A stretch of 64,000 nt of DNA from Desulfomonilia bacterium (GTDB taxonomy: Bacteria > Desulfobacterota > Desulfomonilia > UBA1062), in the NCBI GenBank assembly GCA_050014195.1, contig JBEKDT010000009.1, positions 1-64,000 on the forward strand. Reading direction: 5' to 3'. The notes beneath the pieces are model-generated. The model was not told the origin of the DNA and ran no database searches. It worked only from the letters and a program-made list of their open reading frames with translations. The position numbers and the translations under genes were made by a program. Below are positions 18,572 through 28,590 of this stretch, one piece after another. Within the stretch, counting starts at the first letter, position 1; every line of letters begins with the position of its first letter.

Positions 18572-19336
18572 TTAACATTTTTTTTCAATCCATGAAGAAT
18601 AAATATGGGAAAGCCCTTTGAGAATGAGGTGTTCGTCAATGATGTACGCCTTTGGGAGCACCTCTGCGACCATTCCGGAAGGCCCGCCCGTGAGAACAAC
18701 CACCGGTTTCGTGCCGTTGCGGCGGGACATCATCTCCACTACCTTTCGAATCATGCAAATATGGCCCATGACCACACCTGAGCGTACGCATGCATTGGTG
18801 GACGCCCCGATGAGTTCGCCCGGTGAGAGGTCATCAAGCCTCGGGAGCTGGGGGGCTGATGCCAGCAGCCCTTCGTAAGCGCTTGAAATACCCGGTGCAA
18901 TCATGCCGCCGATAAAGGTACCGTGAACGGTTACATAATCAATGGTGGTGGCGGTACCCATGTCTATGACAACGAGAGGCTTACGTCTTTTGCGGTACAG
19001 GTGATAGGCGGCTGCGGCGCATACAAGCCTGTCGATGCCCAAGGTCTCTTTTGTATCATAGCGGATCTTTATCCCCATGGGCGTATTTACATCCACGATC
19101 ATGGGGGGCAGGCCTGTTGATTCCTCAAATTCTTTCAGGATGATCTTTGCCGCTCCACTCCGAACGCTCACCATGACCGCAGCATCAGGCAGTGCCTTGC
19201 GGACATCCGGGAGATGGGGGAGAAAGGCCGAGTTATTCAGGCACACCTCCGTTGGCATGCGGAATACGGCCTTCAGCCCGCTGCCCTCGAAGATGCCTGT
19301 AGTAATGCTCGTGTTGCCGACATCAATGGCAAGCAT
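18572..19336 (-). CDS. coaX: Type III pantothenate kinase
   Basis: LAIDVGNT, LGIDR, VIDMGTATT, GGMIAPG. Confidence 0.95.
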   Translation of the reverse strand: MLAIDVGNTSITTGIFEGSGLKAVFRMPTEVCLNNSAFLPHLPDVRKALPDAAVMVSVRSGAAKIILKEFEESTGLPPMIVDVNTPMGIKIRYDTKETLGIDRLVCAAAAYHLYRKRRKPLVVIDMGTATTIDYVTVHGTFIGGMIAPGISSAYEGLLASAPQLPRLDDLSPGELIGASTNACVRSGVVMGHICMIRKVVEMMSRRNGTKPVVVLTGGPSGMVAEVLPKAYIIDEHLILKGLSHIYSSWIEKKC

Positions 19337-19410
19337 GGCCTCTGTCTAAACCTTATTATACAGGGGGGCAAGGATTTTTTCTCGGGTTACGCTGCCCTCT
19401 CCACCCGCCA

Positions 19411-19593
19411 ACAGGGCGGGCACAAGGCCTGCCTCTATGAGGCATTTGTCAAGGTTCGCTCTCGCTCACCCCGACCTGCAATCTACAATCGCGGCTAAAG
19501 CCACTCCTACAACATGCAACATATTATGGACATGTAGGAGCGCCTTCAGGCGCGACCCATTTTTGGATGTCGCGGCTAAAGCCGCTCCTACAA
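19411..19593. repeat. Cluster of GTAG-type REP palindromes
   Basis: TGTAGGAGCGCCTTCAGGCGCGA and inverted TCGCGGCTAAAGCCGCTCCTACA copies; another copy at ~25228-25250. Confidence 0.75.
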
Positions 19594-19666
19594 TTTCTTG
19601 TCACAAGTTGGTATTCAGCTCCTAACCTAGTCACTAGTCACTCATCACTTCTTTTCTGATCACTGG

Positions 19667-20443
19667 TCACTTGTCTATCTCCGCCACCGCCCTGATCCAT
19701 CCCGCGCTCGCCCCCTTGATCTTTATGGGAAAGCAGTAGAAGGTGAAGCCCCTTGCAGGAAGCTTGTCCAGGTTGGTGAGCTTCTCGATCTGGAAGTACC
19801 CCTTCTCGATGCCTGCAAAGTGGCCTTCCCAGATGAGCGAGGGGTCTTTGGTGCGCTCGAAGTCTTGTGCCTGGAACGACAAAGGCCTGTCCCAGCTCCA
19901 GGCATCCGTACCAACCACATGCACCCCCTGATCCACAAGCCACAGGGTGGCCTCGCGGCCGAATCCACTGCCCTTCACAAGGTATTCAGGTTTTCCCCAA
20001 TAGTGGGCGGCGCCGGTCTGGGCAAGGAAGATATCCCCTTCCTGAAGCGAGTAGCCGATGACGGAAAGCCCCTTCTTGATGTCCTCGGAGGTGATGTTAT
20101 ATCCGTCCGGCTTTGAGGAGAAATCTATCTTTACGCCGCTTCCCACAGACCATTGAAGGGGGAACTGGTCGATGGTGAGTGCAGGACTGCCTTTATCCTG
20201 GGTTGGGTGATAATGCCAGGGGGCATCCATGTGTGTACCCGCATGTGTTGACAGCTCAAGTATCTCCAAGGCCCAACCCAGGCCGTCGGGCAGATCCTTC
20301 TCCGTAATGCCCGGATAGAAGAGCTTCATGGTTTCCGCCCCGAGCCTGTGATCGAGGTAAGTGATCTTAGGGATCATCATGGGGGGGTCACTGGGCAGGC
20401 CGTTCTCAATGGCAATGGAGAGGTCGATGAAGGTCCGTGGCAT
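19667..20443 (-). CDS. Cyclase/kynurenine formamidase family metal hydrolase
   Basis: STHAGTHMDAPWH, VGTDAWSWD, IEKLTNLD. Confidence 0.9.
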   Translation of the reverse strand: MPRTFIDLSIAIENGLPSDPPMMIPKITYLDHRLGAETMKLFYPGITEKDLPDGLGWALEILELSTHAGTHMDAPWHYHPTQDKGSPALTIDQFPLQWSVGSGVKIDFSSKPDGYNITSEDIKKGLSVIGYSLQEGDIFLAQTGAAHYWGKPEYLVKGSGFGREATLWLVDQGVHVVGTDAWSWDRPLSFQAQDFERTKDPSLIWEGHFAGIEKGYFQIEKLTNLDKLPARGFTFYCFPIKIKGASAGWIRAVAEIDK

Positions 20444-20650
20444 GGCTTCTCCTTCGATGTATTTTTGATAATAAAACGATACGAAGCATTGGGATTCATT
20501 GTCAAGGAGGCTCTGCATCAGGTCCAGATAAACTCAGCAACGATTCAATCATGGTAAGAAGTTTTAAGTGTTAAGTTTAAAGCTTTATTGATACTATCCA
20601 TACTCTTAACACTTAAAACCTAAAACTCATGTTCATAATCCACCGACTCC

Positions 20651-20679
20651 TTGACAGCCGGGGTCTTCACGGTTAACCT
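20651..20679 (+). promoter_or_regulatory. sigma70-type promoter of the ybaB-recR-mtaD operon
   Basis: TTGACA-N17-TAACCT, ending 7 nt before ATG 20687. Confidence 0.6.
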
Positions 20680-20686
20680 ACGACCC

Positions 20687-21004
20687 ATGGAAGTCGATTT
20701 TTCGGAGCTCCTCAAACAGGCCAAACAGCTTCAGGAGCGTATCAAGGAGATCCAGGAACAGCTTGCGCGCAAGACCGTGACCGTAGATACCGGTGGGGGT
20801 ATGGTCACGGTGACGGTCAATGGCAGACAAGAGATTGTCTCTATCAAGATCGACCCTTTATGCGTGGATCCTCGGGATATCCCCATGCTCGAAGACCTTA
20901 TCCTGACGGCCGTAAACCAGGGCATCCGTAGATCGCGTGAGCTTGCAGCCCAGGAGCTGAAGCAGATCTCCGGAGGCGTCCCCCTGCCCATCGATCTTCT
21001 CTGA
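20687..21004 (+). CDS. ybaB: YbaB/EbfC nucleoid-associated protein
   Basis: GGGMVTVTVNG..IDP..MLEDLILTAVN; upstream of recR. Confidence 0.93.
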   Translation: MEVDFSELLKQAKQLQERIKEIQEQLARKTVTVDTGGGMVTVTVNGRQEIVSIKIDPLCVDPRDIPMLEDLILTAVNQGIRRSRELAAQELKQISGGVPLPIDLL

Positions 21005-21005
21005 T

Positions 21006-21620
21006 ATGGACCCATATCCCAAGCCCTTACGAGACCTCATAAGCCAGCTCAAGCGCCTCCCCGGCATCGGAGAAAAAACCGCGACCAGGCTTGCGCTCTT
21101 CATCCTAGCGGATAGAGGAAATCTCCCGGAGGATCTCTCAGCCACACTGAAAACGGTTCGAGAGCAGATCAGGCTTTGCCCGGTATGTTTTAACCTCACA
21201 GACCGGCAGAAATGTTCCATATGCATTAACCCTTCACGGGACCAGACGCAGATCTGCATAGTGGAGGAGCCGAGTGATGTCCTGGCCCTGGAGTCTGCAA
21301 ATACCTTTAGAGGCCTTTACCACGTGCTCCATGGACTCATCTCGCCGCTGGCAGGTATCGGACCGGAGGACATCAGGCTCTCCGAACTGATTGAGAGGCT
21401 CAAACACTCCGATGTGAGTGAAGTGATCGTGGCCACAAACCCCTCTGTGGATGGCGAGGGCACGTTCCATTACATCAGCAAGATGATCCATGATGCGGGC
21501 CTGAGTATAACGATAAGCAGGATCGCATCCGGCGTCCCCATGGGAGGGGAGCTGAAATACATGGATCAGGTGACGCTGGCAAGTGCGTTGCGCTACCGCC
21601 GGAATGTCAAGGACTTCTAA
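21006..21620 (+). CDS. recR: Recombination mediator RecR
   Basis: LPGIGEKTATRLA, C4 zinc finger, TOPRIM ICIVEE, YHVLHG. Confidence 0.96.
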   Translation: MDPYPKPLRDLISQLKRLPGIGEKTATRLALFILADRGNLPEDLSATLKTVREQIRLCPVCFNLTDRQKCSICINPSRDQTQICIVEEPSDVLALESANTFRGLYHVLHGLISPLAGIGPEDIRLSELIERLKHSDVSEVIVATNPSVDGEGTFHYISKMIHDAGLSITISRIASGVPMGGELKYMDQVTLASALRYRRNVKDF

Positions 21621-21631
21621 TCTAAGAGGAG

Positions 21632-22924
21632 ATGTACATGAGTAAGTTCGCCGTGCAAGGCGGCTATGTCATAAAATCGGCATGTGATGTCATGAGGGAT
21701 CACTTTGTCATTGTGGATAAGTCAAAAATTACTGATATCACACCCGATCTCCCCGAGGGCATCACCGAAATCCTCGGAGGCCCTCACGACATCGTCATGC
21801 CGGGGCTCATAAACACCCATACCCATGCACCCATGACTCTATTCAGGGGAATCGCCGATGACCTGCCGCTCATGACATGGCTTAAGGATTATATCTTCCC
21901 CGCAGAGGCCAAGCATGTGAACAGGGAGTTCGTTTACATCGGATCCCTCTTGGCTGCCTGGGAGATGACCCGGTCGGGTACTACGGCATTCTGCGACGGA
22001 TATTTCTATGAGGACGAGGTAGGCAGGGCCGCCAAGGAGGTGGGGATCAGGGCATGGATCGGGGAGGGTATTCTCCAGTTTCCCACGCCCTCTCTCTCAG
22101 ACCCCGAGCGCACCATCGCGCACGCCCGCAGCTTTATCCTGCGCTGGCTGGATGACGATTTGGTAAGGCCTTCTGTCTTTCCCCATGCTGCATACACCTG
22201 CACGAAACAGATCCTGAAGGATGCATATGCCCTTGCAGAAGAGTTTAACCTTCTTTATCAGATCCATCTGAGCGAAACCGTCTCTGAGGTTGAGCAGATC
22301 AGGAAGGACCACAATATGTCCCCGGTGGAGCTTTTAGACTCTATCGGCTGCCTCTCGAGCCGGACACTGGCCGCGCATTGTGTGGTCCTGAACGACCAAG
22401 AGATCGCCCTGCTGGCAAAGAGAATGGTCTCTGTTGCACACAATGCCGAGAGCAATATGAAGCTCGCATCCGGTATTGCACCTGTGCCCGCCATGATCAA
22501 GGCCGGGGTGAACGTTTCCATAGGAACCGATGGATGCGCGAGCAACAACAACCTCGACATCATCAGTGAGATCTCGACAGTCGCCAAGCTGCACAAGATC
22601 GCCTGCATGGACCCGACCGTGCTTGATGAATGCACCGCCATGACGTTAGTGACTGAAAACGGAGCAAAGGCATTACATTTTGACGGCGGCAGGATCGAGC
22701 CCGGCAGGCCTGCCGACATCGTGGTGCTCGACGGCAAGGCCCCCAACCTGGTCCCGGTGCATAACCCCGTCTCTCACATCATCTATGCCGCAACGGGCGG
22801 CAATGTGAAAGATGTCGTCATTAACGGCAAGGTTGTCGTGAAGGACTATAAATCACTAACTGTTGACGAAGAGGCGCTCATCAAGGAATGCCGCTCCATT
22901 CAGAGGCATATCAGCAATGGGTGA
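21632..22924 (+). CDS. mtaD: 5'-methylthioadenosine/S-adenosylhomocysteine deaminase-like amidohydrolase
   Basis: PGLINTHTH, FRGIADDLPLMTWL, IHLSET, ESNMKLASG, GTDGCASNNNLD. Confidence 0.85.
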   Translation: MYMSKFAVQGGYVIKSACDVMRDHFVIVDKSKITDITPDLPEGITEILGGPHDIVMPGLINTHTHAPMTLFRGIADDLPLMTWLKDYIFPAEAKHVNREFVYIGSLLAAWEMTRSGTTAFCDGYFYEDEVGRAAKEVGIRAWIGEGILQFPTPSLSDPERTIAHARSFILRWLDDDLVRPSVFPHAAYTCTKQILKDAYALAEEFNLLYQIHLSETVSEVEQIRKDHNMSPVELLDSIGCLSSRTLAAHCVVLNDQEIALLAKRMVSVAHNAESNMKLASGIAPVPAMIKAGVNVSIGTDGCASNNNLDIISEISTVAKLHKIACMDPTVLDECTAMTLVTENGAKALHFDGGRIEPGRPADIVVLDGKAPNLVPVHNPVSHIIYAATGGNVKDVVINGKVVVKDYKSLTVDEEALIKECRSIQRHISNG

Positions 22925-23026
22925 CGGAAAAGAATACCTGCCATAGGGAAGTCTTTTCCGCCCCCGCTCTGCCCGAGATCGCTTGAGTGCCTGTATTTAT
23001 CATGTTGGTAAACCCCTTGCATTGTA

Positions 23027-23054
23027 TAAAGAGCGGCAACACTTTTGCCGATAA
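23027..23054 (+). promoter_or_regulatory. sigma28 (FliA)-type promoter
   Basis: TAAA-N16-GCCGATAA directly upstream of flgL. Confidence 0.65.
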
Positions 23055-23063
23055 GGGTGATAT

Positions 23064-24173
23064 ATGAAGATAAGCAATCAAATGCTCTATTCCCAAGTCA
23101 CCGCGGGCATGGATCAGAGTTCTGAGAAGATGTACAAGCTGAACAATGAGATATCTTCCGGAAAGCGCATCAACAGCCCATCGGATGACCCGCTGGGGCT
23201 CTCAACCGTGCTGGCATACCGGTCAGAGCTGAGCGCAAATACCCAATACCAATCAAACATTTCCTACGCCAATGGGTGGGTCTCCCAGATGGATTCATCC
23301 CTCGAGAATGTGCAAGACCTACTGGATAATGCCAGTCAGATTGCCGTGCAGGAGTCCTCCTCAACGGCCACAGCAGATACGAGGGCATCGGCGGCTAATG
23401 CGCTAGAACAGATCAGGGCCGAGATCCTGAGTATTGCCAATCAGACGTATAACAATAAATACGTCTTTGGTGGTACCATGACCCAGAATGAGCCGTATTT
23501 GGATGTTGATGCAGCCAACTTGCAGGATGACGTCGCCACCATGTCGTCAACACCCCCTGCCTCTCCGGCAGATGGAGATAGATACATCGACACCGCAAAC
23601 GACGCCACAAAAGACCATATCTTGCAATATAGTTCCGCCACCTCCAGCTGGGTTGACCAGGGGGCACCCACCGAAGGTACTGCAGTAACGGTGGATGACC
23701 AGAACGAGATGTATGTCTATACCGGTGGAAAATGGAAGGCCATGTACCAGGGTAATGATTCCAGCTCTTCCGTGCAGATCAGCGCAGGGCAAAGTGCACA
23801 GATCAATATCCCGGGGAGTGATATATTCAGCAACTCCTCAGGTAACATCATGGCTAGCCTGCTGAGTCTCGAAAAGGCGCTAACTAACAATGACCAGAGT
23901 GGTATCAGCGCGCAACTAACCAATATTTCCAATGCTAGAACGGTCGTCTCGAATGCATTGGCCACGGTCGGAGGGACCGAGAACAGGCTCACTGATACAA
24001 ATACCCGCCTCACAAGTGACTCTACAAATATAACAGCAAGCGTATCTAATATTGAAGACCTGGATTATGCCCAGGGAATCACCGACCTGCAGAACCAGCA
24101 GACCATATACGAGGCGACCTTGAAGAGTGCCTCCATGATCACCGGCTTAAGTCTCGTAGACTACCTCAGTTAG
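23064..24173 (+). CDS. flgL: Flagellar hook-associated protein 3
   Basis: SSGKRINSPSDDP, YVFGG, C-terminal IEDLDYA...SLVDYL. Confidence 0.92.
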   Translation: MKISNQMLYSQVTAGMDQSSEKMYKLNNEISSGKRINSPSDDPLGLSTVLAYRSELSANTQYQSNISYANGWVSQMDSSLENVQDLLDNASQIAVQESSSTATADTRASAANALEQIRAEILSIANQTYNNKYVFGGTMTQNEPYLDVDAANLQDDVATMSSTPPASPADGDRYIDTANDATKDHILQYSSATSSWVDQGAPTEGTAVTVDDQNEMYVYTGGKWKAMYQGNDSSSSVQISAGQSAQINIPGSDIFSNSSGNIMASLLSLEKALTNNDQSGISAQLTNISNARTVVSNALATVGGTENRLTDTNTRLTSDSTNITASVSNIEDLDYAQGITDLQNQQTIYEATLKSASMITGLSLVDYLS

Positions 24174-24184
24174 GGGGATCAATC

Positions 24185-24622
24185 TTGGAAATTGAAACGC
24201 TGCGTTTCGGAAAGATAGCGATTCAGGAAGATAAGGTAATCACATTTCCCAGGGGCATCCTGGGATTTGCCAAGAATAAGCAATATATCCTGTTTCCCCA
24301 TAGCGAAAGATCACCCTTTTTCTGGCTCCAAAGCGTGGAGGACGGTGAACTGGCCTTTGTGGTCATGAATCCCCGACTCGTAAAGACCGACTACTCCGTT
24401 GATGTTGACGAGAACGTCATGAATGAACTCGATGTCAAACAAGAAGCCGAGATCGAGGTGGTCTGCATCGTCACCATCCCGCGCAATGACCCTAAGCACA
24501 TGACCATAAACCTGCTGGGTCCCATAATCATCAATACCCAGAGCCGTTGCGCCGTGCAGGTCATCTGCGACTCTCAGAGCTACTCACATCGCCACCCCGT
24601 GATCCAAGAGCAGCAGGTGTAA
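24185..24622 (+). CDS. fliW: Flagellar assembly factor FliW
   Basis: TLRFG, ITFPRGILGF, PFFWLQS, TINLLGPIIIN. Confidence 0.93.
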   Translation: MEIETLRFGKIAIQEDKVITFPRGILGFAKNKQYILFPHSERSPFFWLQSVEDGELAFVVMNPRLVKTDYSVDVDENVMNELDVKQEAEIEVVCIVTIPRNDPKHMTINLLGPIIINTQSRCAVQVICDSQSYSHRHPVIQEQQV

Positions 24623-24789
24623 CGTATTTCTTAGATTCACATCCATGGTATCATTCTTGAAAGTAAGTGGTTTTGCGACCTGATGATAATACGTACAGAA
24701 TTCAGGAGCCGGGATTCATAAAAAAATATTTCTTCATGCTGTGATCTGTGCCCTTAAAGACTTGCCCGCATATAGCGTTCAAGTGATGT

Positions 24790-25092
24790 TCACTTTACAA
24801 GTTTCTTACTCGCTTTTTCTTGAGCTTTCATTGCCTTTTTGATGAGCTTCTGCCCATCCTTGGAGGATATATCTCCTGAATCAAAAACCTGCCCGGTACC
24901 GGATGATAGTTCTTCCTTTGTTGAAGAAATACGCTCCGGCGGTTTTGTTGCCTCAGGCACAGGCCCATTCTTCTTTTGAAACAATGACAGCAATGCCATG
25001 CCGAGAGATTTCCCGAAAAAGCCGATAAAAGCGGCCGCAAAGACCAGAGCCATCCATTTGGCAAACTCAGAGGCGCTCACATGCTCGAACAT
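24790..25092 (-). CDS. Hypothetical small membrane protein
   Basis: N-terminal TM (LVFAAAFIGFFGK), Lys-rich tail. Confidence 0.6.
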   Translation of the reverse strand: MFEHVSASEFAKWMALVFAAAFIGFFGKSLGMALLSLFQKKNGPVPEATKPPERISSTKEELSSGTGQVFDSGDISSKDGQKLIKKAMKAQEKASKKLVK

Positions 25093-25350
25093 GGGTATAT
25101 CTTAACCGAGAAGTGAAGCATATGCAACGCCCCGCCTCTTCCGATGAATATTATCATGATGATATATATGCAGGGACGACCCGTCGTGTCGCTCCTGAAG
25201 GCACTCATGCAAGATGAGCCAATCATGTGTAGGAGCGGCTTCAGCCGCGACATCCTAAAAAACCACAATTCTAAAATTATTTAAAACTTATCCGTGCTCA
25301 TCCTCCCCTTTCCCTTGACTCTCCAAAGCGTAGCGAATTATACAAACAAC

Positions 25351-25869
25351 GTGGATACTGCCTACCGCAATGTCATCTCCTTTGTCGCCCGGGGAACGAA
25401 CAGCGGAAAGACGTATCTCCTTGAACATCTCATCACCGAACTGAAGAGGCGGGGCAGGAAGGTCGCAGCAGTCAAGCATGCCATGCACCAGCATTCCGTG
25501 GACCCTCAAGGCAAGGATACCTTCAAATTTGCTGCTAGAGGCGCCGATCGCATCATCCTGTTCTCACCGGATGGACTCCTGATGTACGAGCCGAAGCATC
25601 CGGAAAACGACTACCTTTACACTGTTGCTTCCCAAGATATGGATATCGTCCTGATCGAAGGGTTCAAGGCCGGGCCCTTTAGAAAGATCGAGGTATTCAA
25701 TGAAGAGATCTACACCACACCCCTGTGCGTGGAACAGCCCGGCCCCGACTACATCGCCATTATCAGCCGGGAAACCATGGACATCGGCATTCCACACTTT
25801 CGTTTTGAGGATATCGATGCAATCGCCACTTTCATTGAAGAGGGTGCGGGGTTGAAAATGAATAGGTGA
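25351..25869 (+). CDS. mobB: Molybdopterin-guanine dinucleotide biosynthesis protein B
   Basis: NSGKT, VAAVKH, GKDT, DIVLIEGFK; start uncertain (GTG 25294 or 25351). Confidence 0.88.
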   Translation: MDTAYRNVISFVARGTNSGKTYLLEHLITELKRRGRKVAAVKHAMHQHSVDPQGKDTFKFAARGADRIILFSPDGLLMYEPKHPENDYLYTVASQDMDIVLIEGFKAGPFRKIEVFNEEIYTTPLCVEQPGPDYIAIISRETMDIGIPHFRFEDIDAIATFIEEGAGLKMNR

Positions 25870-25962
25870 TAATCCGTCATGATCTATATCCCCTTTGTTT
25901 GACCACCCCTCGATCAATCATCCCTTCCATGCCCGGATAAACTGTGTTAAAGGCTCAAATCT

Positions 25963-27117
25963 ATGCTGATCGTGCAGTTAAAACCCAAAAAGGAAATGCC
26001 TGTGCTCCTCGGGCATCCATGGATATATTCCGGGGCAGTGGACAAGGTCCAGGGTGAACCGGAGATGGAGCATCTCTGCAGGGTGCTGGGCTCCAGGGGG
26101 CAGTTCATATGCCAGGGAACATATAATCCCATTTCTCAACTGGCGGTGCGTGTACTCACCCTCGGCAAAGAGCCCATTGACAAGGCCTTTTTCGAGACAA
26201 GGATAAGAAACGCCATTACGCTGCGTGAACGTATCATCCCTGCGGATACGAGCTGCTACCGCATCATCAATGCCGAGGGAGACCTTTTGCCGGGCTTGGT
26301 GGTGGACCGTTACAACGACATGCTCGTGCTGCAGGCAGTCACCCCCTTCATGGATGAGATCAAGGGAGACCTTGCAGAGATCCTGAAATCAGAGCTGCCC
26401 TCCTGCAGTATCTTCGAGCGCTCCGACTCCAAGACGCGCTCCAACGAGGGCTTCAGGCCTTCCATCGGTCCTCTCCATGGCAACATGGAGAGCCAGGATC
26501 TTGTGGTACATGAGCGGGGCATTGCCTTTGCAGTAGACATCTTCACGGGCGACCGTACGGGCTTCTATCTAGAACACAAAGAATCCAGGCACAAGATCAT
26601 GCCTTACGCCAAGGATAAGGACGTGCTCGACCTATTCTCCTACACAGGCTCTTTCTCAGTGTGCGCTCTTCATGCAGGCGCCAAATCGGTCATCTCGGTG
26701 GACTCTTCCGCCCCTGCACAGGTCCAGCTCAAGAAGAACATGGAGATCCACAAGATCAAGCCCTTTGTCTGGCGGCATATCAGAGACGATGTTTCACGGT
26801 TCCTGAATGATGAGCAGGGGAGTTTCGACCTCGTGTTCTGCGATGCCCCGGCATTCGGCAACGAGTATGAGGAGCATTCAAAGACCGTCTCCCTCGCCAT
26901 GGCCCGGCTCAGGCCGGGGGGCATCCTCTTCTATCTTGCTCCGGTCACCGGCCAGTTCAGTCCTGTGGATCTGCTCAAGGCAATCAGCCGGGCCGCCCAA
27001 GGCCTCTCCCGCACAGCGAAAGTGCTGGAACCCCTCTCCCAGTCTCCGGACTTCCCCTTTCTGCCCTCACACCCTCAGGGCATGCATCAGAGCGGGTTTG
27101 TGGTGTACGTGGAGTAA
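25963..27117 (+). CDS. RlmI-like SAM-dependent rRNA methyltransferase
   Basis: GHPWIYSG, NAEGDLLPGLVVDRY, VLDLFSYTGSF. Confidence 0.85.
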   Translation: MLIVQLKPKKEMPVLLGHPWIYSGAVDKVQGEPEMEHLCRVLGSRGQFICQGTYNPISQLAVRVLTLGKEPIDKAFFETRIRNAITLRERIIPADTSCYRIINAEGDLLPGLVVDRYNDMLVLQAVTPFMDEIKGDLAEILKSELPSCSIFERSDSKTRSNEGFRPSIGPLHGNMESQDLVVHERGIAFAVDIFTGDRTGFYLEHKESRHKIMPYAKDKDVLDLFSYTGSFSVCALHAGAKSVISVDSSAPAQVQLKKNMEIHKIKPFVWRHIRDDVSRFLNDEQGSFDLVFCDAPAFGNEYEEHSKTVSLAMARLRPGGILFYLAPVTGQFSPVDLLKAISRAAQGLSRTAKVLEPLSQSPDFPFLPSHPQGMHQSGFVVYVE

Positions 27118-27247
27118 TAGTGATATGGTCAAATAAGAGAAGATCGAGGTAAGATCCATCCCTGCGATCGGGAAAAAGGATTTCTCGTTTCGCTCGAAAT
27201 GACACCTTTTTAGGTAAAGCGACTAAGAATAAACAGCTTTTTCCAGC

Positions 27248-27589
27248 TCAGCCCATCTTGCTTTCCAGCTGCCTGCCACCGAGTACGTGGAGGTGGAGGT
27301 GCATGACGATCTGGGTGGCGTCCGTGCCGCAGTTCACTGCGATCCGGTAGCCCGACTCGTTAACACCCTTCTTTTTGGCAACCTCCTGGGCGGCCTTAAG
27401 CATGGAGAACCATATCTCTTTATCATCGAGGTCATTGAGTGTTGCATAGTGCTTCTTGGGCACTACAACGACATGAACCGGGGCCAGAGGCTGGATATCG
27501 TTGAATGCATAGACAAGCTCGTCCTCGTATACCCTGGCGGAAGGAATCTCTCCCTTGACGATCTTACAGAAGATACAATCCATCTTCAT
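27248..27589 (-). CDS. HIT-family nucleotide-binding protein
   Basis: DCIFCKI, HLHLHVLGG. Confidence 0.93.
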   Translation of the reverse strand: MKMDCIFCKIVKGEIPSARVYEDELVYAFNDIQPLAPVHVVVVPKKHYATLNDLDDKEIWFSMLKAAQEVAKKKGVNESGYRIAVNCGTDATQIVMHLHLHVLGGRQLESKMG

Positions 27590-27610
27590 CCTCCCATGGT
27601 TGAAGTATTC

Positions 27611-28336
27611 TTACCTAAAAGTATGCGACAACCGGACAGCCTCATGCACATCCACCCGGCCCTCATAGATGGCCTTGCCCACGATGGCCCCGTAGAGGAC
27701 TTCCACCTGCAGAAGTGCCTTGAGATCATCCATGGAGCTGACACCTCCCGAAGCGATAACCGGTGTCTTGACCTCGGCGGCAAGTGCTGCAGTGGCGTCG
27801 ATATTGGGGCCGGTGAGCATGCCGTCGCGGGAGATGTCGGTATACACGATGAATGCCGGACCACACTGCTCGTAATGCCTTGCCAGATCCACGGCTCTCT
27901 GCTCGGTGATCTCTTTCCATCCCTTAACGGCCACCTTGCCGCCGAGCGCGTCGATCCCGATGCCGACCCTGCCGGGAAAGGCCTTCAGTATGGCCTCTGA
28001 GGTCTCAGGGTCCTTGGCTACAACAGTGCCCAGGATCACATAGCTTACCCCGAGTTCGAAAGCCCGCCTTGCATCGTCGATCGTGCGGATGCCGCCGCCC
28101 AGCTCCACCTCCACATCCACTGCAGAGCAGATCGCCTTGATGGCTTGTACATTCATGCCTCTTCCAGCCACCGATCCGTCGAGGTCCACTACATGAATCC
28201 TTTTGGCGCCTGCATTGGCAAAGGATTTTGCAATACCGGAAGGGTCTTGGCTGTAGACCGTCACCTCTTCGAACCTGCCCTTCTTCAGCCTCACCACCTG
28301 CCCCTTGTGCAGGTCTATGGCTGGGATGATGATCAT
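27611..28336 (-). CDS. hisA: ProFAR isomerase HisA
   Basis: IIPAIDL, HVVDLDG, ELGGGIR, YTDISRDGMLTGPN. Confidence 0.96.
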   Translation of the reverse strand: MIIIPAIDLHKGQVVRLKKGRFEEVTVYSQDPSGIAKSFANAGAKRIHVVDLDGSVAGRGMNVQAIKAICSAVDVEVELGGGIRTIDDARRAFELGVSYVILGTVVAKDPETSEAILKAFPGRVGIGIDALGGKVAVKGWKEITEQRAVDLARHYEQCGPAFIVYTDISRDGMLTGPNIDATAALAAEVKTPVIASGGVSSMDDLKALLQVEVLYGAIVGKAIYEGRVDVHEAVRLSHTFR

Positions 28337-28590
28337 GCTAAAAGACCCTCAAACTCCTTGACCCACCAGCTCTTGAACAACATGGAATATCTCAGGAGAT
28401 ATATCTTGTCATCAGACGCCCTCACCTTATAGTATTCATCGGGAAAGAAGCTCGGGTCCTGATAGGCCTCGTTCCAATGATCCAGGATGACTTCGATCTC
28501 AAGACCCGTTCCCCCCAATTCGAACCAGACCGGCTGACCTGGGCGCCGATGGCTGTCAAATGTCTTCACCCGGGTATGCTGAAATCTCAT
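28333..28590 (-). CDS. Small hypothetical protein in his operon
   Basis: ATG overlaps the hisB stop; EVILDHW...YYKVRASD..YLLRY. Confidence 0.65.
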   Translation of the reverse strand: MRFQHTRVKTFDSHRRPGQPVWFELGGTGLEIEVILDHWNEAYQDPSFFPDEYYKVRASDDKIYLLRYSMLFKSWWVKEFEGLLA

